Of a stretch of DNA of 64,000 nt, positions 46,796-54,481 are shown one piece after another. The position numbers and the translations under genes are program-made. Within the stretch, counting starts at the first letter, position 1; each line of letters opens with the position of its first letter. This DNA comes from Faecalibacillus sp. (GTDB taxonomy: Bacteria > Bacillota_I > Bacilli_A > RFN20 > CAG-826): contig CAVAGP010000004.1 of NCBI GenBank assembly GCA_963588175.1, forward strand, positions 9,339 to 73,338, given 5' to 3'. A model generated the notes under the pieces. It was not told where the DNA came from. It worked only from the letters and a program-made list of their open reading frames with translations, and did not search any database.

Positions 46796-47212
46796 ATGTT
46801 AAACACCTATAATTCTTCTACTCAAACAGTCTCCACTGGGGAGAATATAGCGTTTGCGGCCAATCGAATTTTAACGGGCTGTGCAATGAATCATACAGTC
46901 GGTGGAGATACAATAACTTTGCACAAGGTCGGCTATTATCAAATTAGTTTTGATGGAACGAGCGCGGCGACGGGAACACAAACAGACCCGATCAAAGTCC
47001 AACTCTACAATGGAACGACTGCGATTCCAGGAGGAACAGCTTCTGCCCTTTCTGCGTCGGCAACCGATACTGTTAATTTTAGTTTTAGTACGATTGTCCC
47101 AGTCAGGTGTTCTTGCCCGGCAATTGATAATACTGTAAATTTGACGGTACAAAATACAGGAGTTGATGCTGTCTTTTCTAATGCAAATTTAACCGTCGTT
47201 AGACTTGCATGA
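46796..47212 (+). CDS. small beta-rich protein resembling the BclA C-terminal / C1q-TNF-like jelly-roll domain
   Basis: ATG46796 follows AGGAGGA. The pattern (I.F..N.I.TG.....V.G..I.L...G.Y.I.F.G.........I.V.L..NG..I.G...............S....V) was recognised by eye only. Confidence 0.35.
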   Translation: MLNTYNSSTQTVSTGENIAFAANRILTGCAMNHTVGGDTITLHKVGYYQISFDGTSAATGTQTDPIKVQLYNGTTAIPGGTASALSASATDTVNFSFSTIVPVRCSCPAIDNTVNLTVQNTGVDAVFSNANLTVVRLA

Positions 47213-47511
47213 TAAAATTTGAAGCTCTCTATCAATTACTGATGGACGACTTAACAGATGCAGATATGTTAATCGACTATGCTTGTAAGATAAGAAGAGA
47301 GAGCGAAGAAGATGAAAACTTGGCAAAGACTTTCAGAAATGAAGCAGAAGAACGACTGGCGCACTTCGCTAAATTTCATAATGTTTTTGAAGATCAAGTT
47401 GAACAGTATAATATCGACAAACAACAAGTTTCTTATTGTCTTTGGCAAGCCAGTCATACCTATTGTATGAACTATAAAGATAAAATCGATAAGAAAATAA
47501 AAGATTTCTAA
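47209..47511 (+). CDS. hypothetical protein
   Basis: A 100-aa ORF with an ATGA overlap with the upstream gene. It is the last + strand gene before the convergent terminator. Confidence 0.45.
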   Translation: MIKFEALYQLLMDDLTDADMLIDYACKIRRESEEDENLAKTFRNEAEERLAHFAKFHNVFEDQVEQYNIDKQQVSYCLWQASHTYCMNYKDKIDKKIKDF

Positions 47512-47521
47512 AATAAAAAGG

Positions 47522-47549
47522 GAGGAGTAGACTTAATAGTCTACTCCTC
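47522..47549. terminator. bidirectional intrinsic terminator between convergent modules
   Basis: A perfect 12-bp stem (GAGGAGTAGACT / AGTCTACTCCTC) has loop TAAT. It is flanked by AAATAAAAA upstream and TTTATT downstream. Confidence 0.75.
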
Positions 47550-47550
47550 T

Positions 47551-48285
47551 TTATTCTCCCCACTTAAACATTTCCGTTTTATGGGTTTTTGTATCAGCGC
47601 AATATTTTGCAATACCAATTGCGTCTGCGCAGTCGTCTGTTACGGTTACGTCATAGGTGTTTTTTACTATTGCTCTCATCGAAGCTTTTTTGTCCGCGCG
47701 CGACCGCCCTTTGACATGGCAATGGGCTCGCCAAGTGTTAGTGGGGACAACATCTAAGGGAATATCAAGCTCTTTTGCCGTTTCAATCAATACTCCTTGC
47801 AAATGACTAAGAGTAGAGAAAACAACTACTCCCATGCGTGCCCCGCCTACTTGCTCTTGAAATTGAATACCTTCGATTTCAACATAATCGGGTTGCCAAA
47901 GTTCAATCATAGAGAGAAACCAATTTCTTATCTCTACAAGGCGCGCAGGCTCGTCGTTATCTTTAGCTTCAAAAATACCATATTTCTGTAATTCACCATC
48001 ATCCATAATAGCAAACCCAGTTGTGTGTGTAGCTTGATCTAGTCCTAAAACTCTAAAGGTATTTTTCTTTTTAGAGATAACGGTACTGTTCGCGCGCCAA
48101 GCTGTGGCGGCGCAGATAGGGCATTCAGCTTTTGTTCGTATCTTTCTCCAAGTAGAATAGACCTCGTGTCCTTCCGGACACTTAAATATCATTTCATCAT
48201 CAAGCCTGTCATATTTTAGAGATACGACTGACCACCCAAGCGGCGCGAGTGTGTTTTGGATTTCTTCTAGTGCTATTCTGGCCAA
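47551..48285 (-). CDS. RuvC-like Holliday junction resolvase with an N-terminal zinc ribbon
   Basis: VLGLDQATHTTGFAIMDDG... and ...PDYVEIEGIQFQ match the RuvC-fold catalytic D...E pattern. The N-terminus has CPEGH...CPIC. Confidence 0.6.
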   Translation of the reverse strand: MARIALEEIQNTLAPLGWSVVSLKYDRLDDEMIFKCPEGHEVYSTWRKIRTKAECPICAATAWRANSTVISKKKNTFRVLGLDQATHTTGFAIMDDGELQKYGIFEAKDNDEPARLVEIRNWFLSMIELWQPDYVEIEGIQFQEQVGGARMGVVVFSTLSHLQGVLIETAKELDIPLDVVPTNTWRAHCHVKGRSRADKKASMRAIVKNTYDVTVTDDCADAIGIAKYCADTKTHKTEMFKWGE

Positions 48286-49242
48286 TTACATCACTCCACT
48301 AGAACCAAAACCACCGGCACCCCTTTCTGTTTCAGTTAATTTATCTACTTTCTTAAAGCCAACTAAAGGTACTTGAACGAGTCGCATCTGTGCAAATCTC
48401 ATACCTTTATCAATTGTATAGGAACTACCATAGAGAATGGAGTTTTTTTCCAAACCTGAATCATCTTTTTTAAAGAGGATGTCTTTGATTGGAGGATCGA
48501 TGTTTTCGACGATAACGCCGATTTCTCCTCGGAACGAGGAGTCGATGAGACCGGGGGTGTTGGCAATGCGTAATTTCGTTTTTGCGCAAAGTCCGCTTCT
48601 TCCCTGAATCAATAAGGCGTATCCTTCAGGAATTTCACACTTAAATCCAAGAGGAATAATCTTTTGTTCTCCTGGCCCAATAGTAACTTTTTCTGGACTA
48701 TAAAGGTCCATTGCAGCATCTCCAAGATGTGCATAGGTCGGCAAAATAGCCGTATCGCTACAAATTTCAATAGGAATAGTGACCGTTCTTTGATTGACAA
48801 CTGCCGCCTCTCCAATCGCGTTCATAGCAATAATACAAGCCTGTTTAATAAAGTCTCGTTTAGCTTGAGATGGAATAATTTCGGCCATATCGTCTTCGTC
48901 AAGAGCTTCGATAATTTTGTCAAATACTTCTACTAAATCTTTATAGCTATAATTATTTGATTCCATGTACTTTACAACTTGCATCGCGGCGCCGGACGCA
49001 AGATACTCTTGTTGAAAGCTACCCAGTACAACTGGCGCAATAACAGAAAAGGATTCATCGCTCAAACTAAGGAGAGAACCAACACGTTGAAGGTCTTCTG
49101 TCTGAAGAAGCTCTTCACCATCTTCATCGGTAAACAATTCATCAAGAAGAGTCATGACAGAGTCACTAACTTTTTCTTCCCCCTCAAGCATTCCTAAAAG
49201 TTCTTTAACGCCGCCAGTTACTTTTTCATTAATTTCGTCCAT
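48286..49242 (-). CDS. dut: dUTPase with a ~165-aa N-terminal extension
   Basis: Trimeric dUTPase motifs: GDAAMDL, GRSGL, GLIDSSFRGEIGVIV and C-terminal ERGAGGFGSSG. Confidence 0.85.
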   Translation of the reverse strand: MDEINEKVTGGVKELLGMLEGEEKVSDSVMTLLDELFTDEDGEELLQTEDLQRVGSLLSLSDESFSVIAPVVLGSFQQEYLASGAAMQVVKYMESNNYSYKDLVEVFDKIIEALDEDDMAEIIPSQAKRDFIKQACIIAMNAIGEAAVVNQRTVTIPIEICSDTAILPTYAHLGDAAMDLYSPEKVTIGPGEQKIIPLGFKCEIPEGYALLIQGRSGLCAKTKLRIANTPGLIDSSFRGEIGVIVENIDPPIKDILFKKDDSGLEKNSILYGSSYTIDKGMRFAQMRLVQVPLVGFKKVDKLTETERGAGGFGSSGVM

Positions 49243-49251
49243 TAGTCCTCC

Positions 49252-49467
49252 TTAGAAATCCCAAAAAGTACCAAAAACCTTAGTAATAGAAAGCAAATAA
49301 CCCTCATCGATAACTTCGCCTTTGGCTTTCTTTTCCTTATACTCGTATCCCATCTTTTTAATCAGATAACCTTTTTCAGAAGCGGACTTACGAAACTCTT
49401 CCATTCTTTCTTTTGCTTCACTTTCAGTATCGCAACGGTATTTTTCTGTGGTTTCAATCATCAGCAT
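49252..49467 (-). CDS. hypothetical protein (71 aa)
   Basis: An ORF with an RBS (AAGGAG) lies downstream of a consensus promoter. Confidence 0.45.
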   Translation of the reverse strand: MLMIETTEKYRCDTESEAKERMEEFRKSASEKGYLIKKMGYEYKEKKAKGEVIDEGYLLSITKVFGTFWDF

Positions 49468-49504
49468 AATTTTTTACTCCTTATATCCTATCTTTTATAT
49501 TTAT

Positions 49505-49533
49505 ATTATAACATCTTTTTTGTTTGGAGTCAA
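49505..49533 (-). promoter_or_regulatory. sigma-A-type promoter (TTGACT - 17 nt - TATAAT) on the - strand
   Basis: The reverse complement reads TTGACTccaaacaaaaaagatgtTATAAT. The -35 is at 49533-49528 and the -10 at 49510-49505. Confidence 0.55.
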
Positions 49534-50147
49534 TTTTTGTCGCAATAGACTTCTACTAATTCTTTGAAGTGCGGCAGTCCCAATAACTCTTCACAAAATT
49601 CTCTCCATTCTGGTAGCTTGTGATTGCGTCTCTGATTATAAATGTTTAGCAGGCATCTGTAGTTGGTGGTCATGCGCGCCGTCAGCTCAAACCCCGCAGG
49701 CAAGTTATAGAGGATTTCAAGATAGAGTTGCTTTTTCTGTTTTTCTCGCTTTTCATCATATCCCTCAAGTGCAGCTAATCTTGTATACTCATTTATTTTG
49801 CTCTGAACAACGTCAATAATACGAGGGTCTACATAGCTATTGCATTGTTCTTTTAAGTCGAACTTCAATATGCGATGCATAGTGCTTTGCGAGCTGACGA
49901 ATTCTAAGAATCGATATCTTTCTGCTTCTACCCACGCTTTATTAGAGAAGGTTAAATCAAAATTTACTCTTACCCCTGTTAGCCATTGAGCGTGCGCGCC
50001 ATTGGTGCGAGAAGTCTTAATTAAGCTAAGGCCCCTCTCCAAGTCATGCTTGACCGCCGGCCGCTTGATAGTAGAAATGGAAAATGGGTATCCACTCGCT
50101 ACCAAACTCTCCTCTAAATCATAAACCTTTACATTGTTGATTCTCAT
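49530..50147 (-). CDS. ThyX-like protein (FAD-dependent thymidylate synthase fold) with a divergent signature motif
   Basis: The C-terminal TTNYRCLLNIYNQRRNHKLPEWREFCEEL matches the ThyX T.N.R.L.N....R......WE block. The signature region reads ERYRFLEFVSSQSTMH instead of RHRxxSxxxxSxRY. Confidence 0.45.
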   Translation of the reverse strand: MRINNVKVYDLEESLVASGYPFSISTIKRPAVKHDLERGLSLIKTSRTNGAHAQWLTGVRVNFDLTFSNKAWVEAERYRFLEFVSSQSTMHRILKFDLKEQCNSYVDPRIIDVVQSKINEYTRLAALEGYDEKREKQKKQLYLEILYNLPAGFELTARMTTNYRCLLNIYNQRRNHKLPEWREFCEELLGLPHFKELVEVYCDKN

Positions 50148-50638
50148 TAAAAATCTTTACCTCTATACAGTATTTTTTGATTAGAGCTCCCTCTCCATTT
50201 AAGAGTTAAGTCTCTTTTCTCTCTGATGTAACGTCCTTCAATAAGCACGTCAGTATTGGAGAGAATAGAATCGAGAATTGAGTTAGACTGGCGGCGAACT
50301 GTTAATTCTTCTATTGTATATCCGCTCCAAAGATAAACTTTTATTTGAGGATAGACCTCTCGAATAGACAAAATTATATCATTAACTAATCTTAAATTTT
50401 CGTTGCATAGTGGTTCTCCGCCTAATACAGAGAATCCTCTTTGGACGTCGTTGGCATCAATTGCCTCTATTAACCGCTCTTTTATATCAGATGGAACTTC
50501 GAAGCCACCACTGAAATCCCAAGTTTGAGGATTGTGACATCCAGGACACCTATGCGGACATCCTTGAGTCCAAAAAGAAACGCATACTCCTTCTCCATCT
50601 ACAATGTCGTTGTATTTTATTCCTGCATATCTATTCAT
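50147..50638 (-). CDS. nrdG: anaerobic ribonucleotide reductase activating protein (radical SAM)
   Basis: NDIVDGEGVCVSFWTQGCPHRCPGCHNPQTW is the NrdG CxxxCxxC cluster context. The gene overlaps nrdD by 8 nt. Confidence 0.85.
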   Translation of the reverse strand: MNRYAGIKYNDIVDGEGVCVSFWTQGCPHRCPGCHNPQTWDFSGGFEVPSDIKERLIEAIDANDVQRGFSVLGGEPLCNENLRLVNDIILSIREVYPQIKVYLWSGYTIEELTVRRQSNSILDSILSNTDVLIEGRYIREKRDLTLKWRGSSNQKILYRGKDF

Positions 50639-52118
50639 CTAAATGTATTACCCTATCCTTTATTTCTTGTGTTCTTCCATAGTTCCAAAAATTAGTGCCT
50701 AGGTAGCCGCACGTGCGACGAGCTACATTTAATTTTGAGTGGTCGCGGCATCCGCAATTTGGACAGTACCATTCCATATTCTCGTCGATTCTAATTTCTC
50801 CGTCATAACCGCATTTTTGACAGTAGTCACTCTTAATATTGAGTTCGGCATACATGATATTGTTGTAGATAAAACGAATAATTTCAAGAACGGCGGGGAT
50901 ATTGTCTGTCATATTGGGGCATTCAATATAACTTATTGCACCACCCGGAGAGAGCTGTTGAAACTTAGATTCAATAGCTAATTTGGAAAAAGCATCGATT
51001 TTCTTAAATACCGGCACATGGTAACTGTTGGTGATGTAATTGCGGTCTACACCATCAAGTTTGGCGAATACGTCATCTCCAAATCTCTCTTTTAAACTTT
51101 TTGCAAATTTATAAGTTGTCGATTCAATTGGAGAGCCATAAACAGAATAATCTATATCTTCTGCGACCTTCCACCGTTGGCATTTATCATTTAATGCTTG
51201 TATGACTTCAAGACCGAACTTTTCACCTTCGGCGCCGTCTGTATGCGAATGGCTTGTCATATATTTGACGCACTCGTACAATCCGGCATAACCGAGAGAG
51301 GCAGTTGCATATCCGTGGTGGATAAGCTCCTTTATTGATTCGTGCTTGTTCAGCCGCGCAAATGCTCCGTCTTGCCAAAGGATTGGAGCCACATCTGATG
51401 TTACTTTTTCTAATCGGTCTATGCGAACCCGCAAACCTTTGTGGCATAGCTCGGTCCGCTCTTCAAATAGTTTCCAGAATAAATCGAAATCTCCTTTCGA
51501 AGAGAATGCAATATCTGGAAGATTAATTGTGGTCACTCCAACGTTAAACCGTCCATAATATTTACCCTGTCCTTCTTTGTAATTTAAAGCACGGGCATAG
51601 TTTTTGGTCGTCCGATCTGGAGTAAGGAAGCTTCTACATCCCATACAGGCATAGCATTCCCCAATTCCTGTTGTTGGATTAATTTTCAAAGACTTCATAA
51701 TCTTTTCAGAAATATAATCCGGCACCATTCTTTTAGCGGTACATTCTGCCGCGAGCTGTGTTAAATAATAATATGGTGCTCCTTTATTAATGTTATTTTC
51801 TTCAAGGACATAGAGAAGCTTAGGGAATGCCTGAGTTACATATACTCCTACTTCATTTTTCATTCCTTGAATCCGTTGTCGAAGAAATTCTTCGATCAAC
51901 ATCGCTAATTCTTGTCGATATTCTTCTGTCTCATTAAGGTACATAAACACGGAGACAAAGGGTGCTTGACCATTGGTTGTTGACATAGAATTAATCTGAT
52001 AATTAAAAGTTTGTACTGCATCTCGAATTTCTTTGCGAATATCTCGATTAGCAAAGTCTCTCGCATGGGGCTCATCAATTCCCCAGTCTTTATATTTGCT
52101 TAGATATTCGTTGTAGCT
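50631..52118 (-). CDS. nrdD: anaerobic (class III) ribonucleotide reductase, exon 2
   Basis: C-terminal Zn site CQKCG...CPNCG and glycyl-radical motif RRTCGYLG. The exon begins immediately after the intron terminal ...AGAATG. Confidence 0.85.
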   Translation of the reverse strand, partial: SYNEYLSKYKDWGIDEPHARDFANRDIRKEIRDAVQTFNYQINSMSTTNGQAPFVSVFMYLNETEEYRQELAMLIEEFLRQRIQGMKNEVGVYVTQAFPKLLYVLEENNINKGAPYYYLTQLAAECTAKRMVPDYISEKIMKSLKINPTTGIGECYACMGCRSFLTPDRTTKNYARALNYKEGQGKYYGRFNVGVTTINLPDIAFSSKGDFDLFWKLFEERTELCHKGLRVRIDRLEKVTSDVAPILWQDGAFARLNKHESIKELIHHGYATASLGYAGLYECVKYMTSHSHTDGAEGEKFGLEVIQALNDKCQRWKVAEDIDYSVYGSPIESTTYKFAKSLKERFGDDVFAKLDGVDRNYITNSYHVPVFKKIDAFSKLAIESKFQQLSPGGAISYIECPNMTDNIPAVLEIIRFIYNNIMYAELNIKSDYCQKCGYDGEIRIDENMEWYCPNCGCRDHSKLNVARRTCGYLGTNFWNYGRTQEIKDRVIHLDE

Positions 52119-53172
52119 CATTCTAACATAAGGAGCTAAATGGGTAAGAGAGATGCTACAACCCTTATCCCAATATCTTTCGAAATTGGACTGACTATAT
52201 CTTCACTCCATTTGGAGGTCTCCCGTTTGGCTTTCGCTACGTTAAAACTAGTCGATGAACGTTCTTTGCTTATTTTGATTAAAATTCTGAGAAACATATG
52301 ACCAATCCATTTCTCTTCTTTGTATATTTTCTTTATGTGTTATCATTTGTAAATTATTAAGGGCATTGTTTTCTGGATTCCCGTCAATATGGTCTATTTC
52401 ATATCCTTCTTTGATAGAACCATTAAAAGCCTCCCAAACTGCTCGATGGACTAGGAAGTGCTTCCCATTTAAATTATAATAGCCCGTAAAACGTCTATAA
52501 GAACCGCTTTTCTCTGGTCTAATTTCAGTTTTTTTGCTGATATTAACAATTTTCCCATCTTCAGTGGCATAATAAGGCGATTTTCTAAATTGAGCCATTT
52601 TCCCGTATTGAGATAAATCTTCGATGTATATTCGAGGTTTATATTCTTTTGGTTTATCTTTCCCTTGCTCATTGATTGTTTTTTGATGCTCCTTGGTAGA
52701 TACCCACATCAAATTAGTAAAAATATTGTTTGTTTTATCTCCATCAATATGATGGACAATCGGCAGATTATCTGGATTTGGAATAAAATACTCTGCTACC
52801 GCCCTATGTGTATATAGAATATATTGCTTTCCTCTAAAATAAAGAGAATAGAAATGATATCCTTTGTTATACCCGCCTTTTAGCCATCTTTTTGTTTTTT
52901 CATTCCTTAATCGACCAGTATCTTCTATCCAAAAATCAGACTCTTGCCCATTGAGAAGAACTCTTTTTTCCAAAGTGTTCAACTCCTTTCTATTTTATTT
53001 TTTTTTATTCTGGTCATATTTATTTAATCTAAGCAAAGCTTCGCTGCTGATTGCCCAATCCATAGTGTTTTTTATAGCATTCACGTCTAAGTTTCCTTTG
53101 CGTTGTAGCAACTATGGCTCTAAGGGGTTCCCAGCAATTAGAGAGATTTTAGTACAGCAGTTGTTAATTTTT
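52119..53172 (-). mobile_element. group I intron 7 (in nrdD) with an HNH homing-endonuclease ORF
   Basis: On the - strand: P TAATTGCTGGGAACCCC (53140-53124), Q AATCAGCAGC (53052-53043), R GTTCATCGACTAG (52260-52248), S GTGAAGATATAGTC (52206-52193). An 8-bp P1 forms between exon AGUACGGU and guide GCUGUACU (53158-53151). Confidence 0.85.
52248..52982 (-). CDS. HNH homing endonuclease (NUMOD4-like plus two HNH modules), intron-encoded; paralog of 21029-21856
   Basis: Motifs THRAVAEYFIPNPDNLPIVHHIDGDKTNNIFTNLMWVSTKEH and a second VHRAVWEAF...IDHIDGNPENNALNNLQMITHKEN. The stop overlaps R. Confidence 0.85.
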   Translation of the reverse strand: MNTLEKRVLLNGQESDFWIEDTGRLRNEKTKRWLKGGYNKGYHFYSLYFRGKQYILYTHRAVAEYFIPNPDNLPIVHHIDGDKTNNIFTNLMWVSTKEHQKTINEQGKDKPKEYKPRIYIEDLSQYGKMAQFRKSPYYATEDGKIVNISKKTEIRPEKSGSYRRFTGYYNLNGKHFLVHRAVWEAFNGSIKEGYEIDHIDGNPENNALNNLQMITHKENIQRREMDWSYVSQNFNQNKQRTFID

Positions 53173-53829
53173 ACCGTACTGCGAACTGGCGACGGCAGTA
53201 ATAATTTGTGTTGTAACTGTAGTCGCAGTCGACAATCTATGCTGTGGATCAATACTAACGCCATTGATTACAGTTCCATTTTGAAGCATATCTTCGAGAT
53301 TAATTAAGCAACAGTTCGAAAGAGCATTCTGCGCAAGATAATCCATATCATGCTCGTGTATGATACCTTGATCATGTGCTTCACAAATTTCTTTCGGCAA
53401 TATTTTTCTTCGACTAATGTCTGTACTTACAATGCCGGCTAAATAATCTCGCTGTACAGTAACAATATCAGCGTCTTTGTTGGAGTTTTCGGTACTCCAA
53501 TATTCGTTAGCGCCTTGCAATAGCTCGATAACGGTAGAGTCTGTAGTATTGCCGCGCGCCTGAGAGCGACGATCTCGATATCGAATATAGGCTTTTGCTA
53601 CTTCTTTACACTGATATTCGATCAGCTTATCTTCTACAAGGTCTTGAATCTCTTCAACGTCATAAGCCAAAGAAGAATTCCCTTCAATTTCAATTTCCTC
53701 GGCTATCTGTTCTGCGACATCTAAATCGACATCATTAACTTCTTCCATGGCCTTGCGAATTGCTTCAACAATTTTATTCTTGTCAAAGCTAACTACTAAA
53801 CCATCTCTTTTAACAATCGTTGTTATCAC
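53173..53829 (-). CDS. nrdD: anaerobic ribonucleotide reductase, exon 1 (ATP-cone plus N-terminal part)
   Basis: The N-terminal ATP-cone-like sequence is IVKRDGLVVSFDKNKIVEAIRKAMEE. The exon ends in the conserved ...QIITAVASSQYG. The ORF tail KN-stop is intron sequence. The spliced length is 714 aa. Confidence 0.85.
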
Positions 53830-54086
53830 TTTATGTTTTCGACCTCCTCGTCTATAATATCCTCTATAGTCCGTTTAAGGGCAAAATAATAAGAAGGTTT
53901 ACTATAGCTTCGCCATTCCAAATCATCGACTGGGTAATATTCTGCATTCTTTATCATATCGCGAATTGAATAATCGATATCTCTCTCTTCTATCTGTTCA
54001 ATATAGAGAAGTCCGTGGTGATAATAGTCGGCAAAAATTTTCCGCGCAAGAGTCGTATCTAAATTAGGAATCTTCACTCGCGGCAT
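53826..54086 (-). CDS. hypothetical protein (86 aa)
   Basis: An ORF overlapping the nrdD start by 4 nt. The RBS is adjacent. No motif was recognised. Confidence 0.4.
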   Translation of the reverse strand: MPRVKIPNLDTTLARKIFADYYHHGLLYIEQIEERDIDYSIRDMIKNAEYYPVDDLEWRSYSKPSYYFALKRTIEDIIDEEVENIK

Positions 54087-54291
54087 CCTCCTTTCCTTGA
54101 AGATAACCTTTCATATATTGATTTTCAAAGTTATCTAAAAGATTTTGATACGCTTTCGGATAAAGAGCTTGAATGAGATAATGAAGAGGGATTGGTGTGT
54201 TGTCTGTGAAAGGCATCTTAGAATTAGAGAAAAAATCTATAATTTCTTTTTTTGTAGCGGTTTGCCCTTCAAAGAGAGAAGAATCAATCAT
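54064..54291 (-). CDS. hypothetical protein (75 aa)
   Basis: The internal Met (MIDSSLFEGQ...) is preceded by AAGGAGG at 6-nt spacing, so this start is preferred over the longer track ORF ending at 54366. Confidence 0.4.
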   Translation of the reverse strand: MIDSSLFEGQTATKKEIIDFFSNSKMPFTDNTPIPLHYLIQALYPKAYQNLLDNFENQYMKGYLQGKEDAASEDS

Positions 54292-54481
54292 GCGGCTCCT
54301 CCTTGTAACACCAGATACAATAACCATCTTCATAGATATGATTGCACTGTGCCTGTAACGTGGCATTTTCTTTCAATAGCTCTGCAATAGTATTATTCAA
54401 CGTAAAAGTGTTCGGACTCATTAACTGCTGAATAATTTTGTTATTGCTGTCAATCTTTTCTTTTATTTCGATACTGCGCAT
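54284..54481 (-). CDS. hypothetical protein (65 aa; C-terminal CxxxxxxxCxxC-like cysteines)
   Basis: The Met at MRSIEIKEK is preceded by AAAGGAGG. Confidence 0.4.
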   Translation of the reverse strand: MRSIEIKEKIDSNNKIIQQLMSPNTFTLNNTIAELLKENATLQAQCNHIYEDGYCIWCYKEEPHD

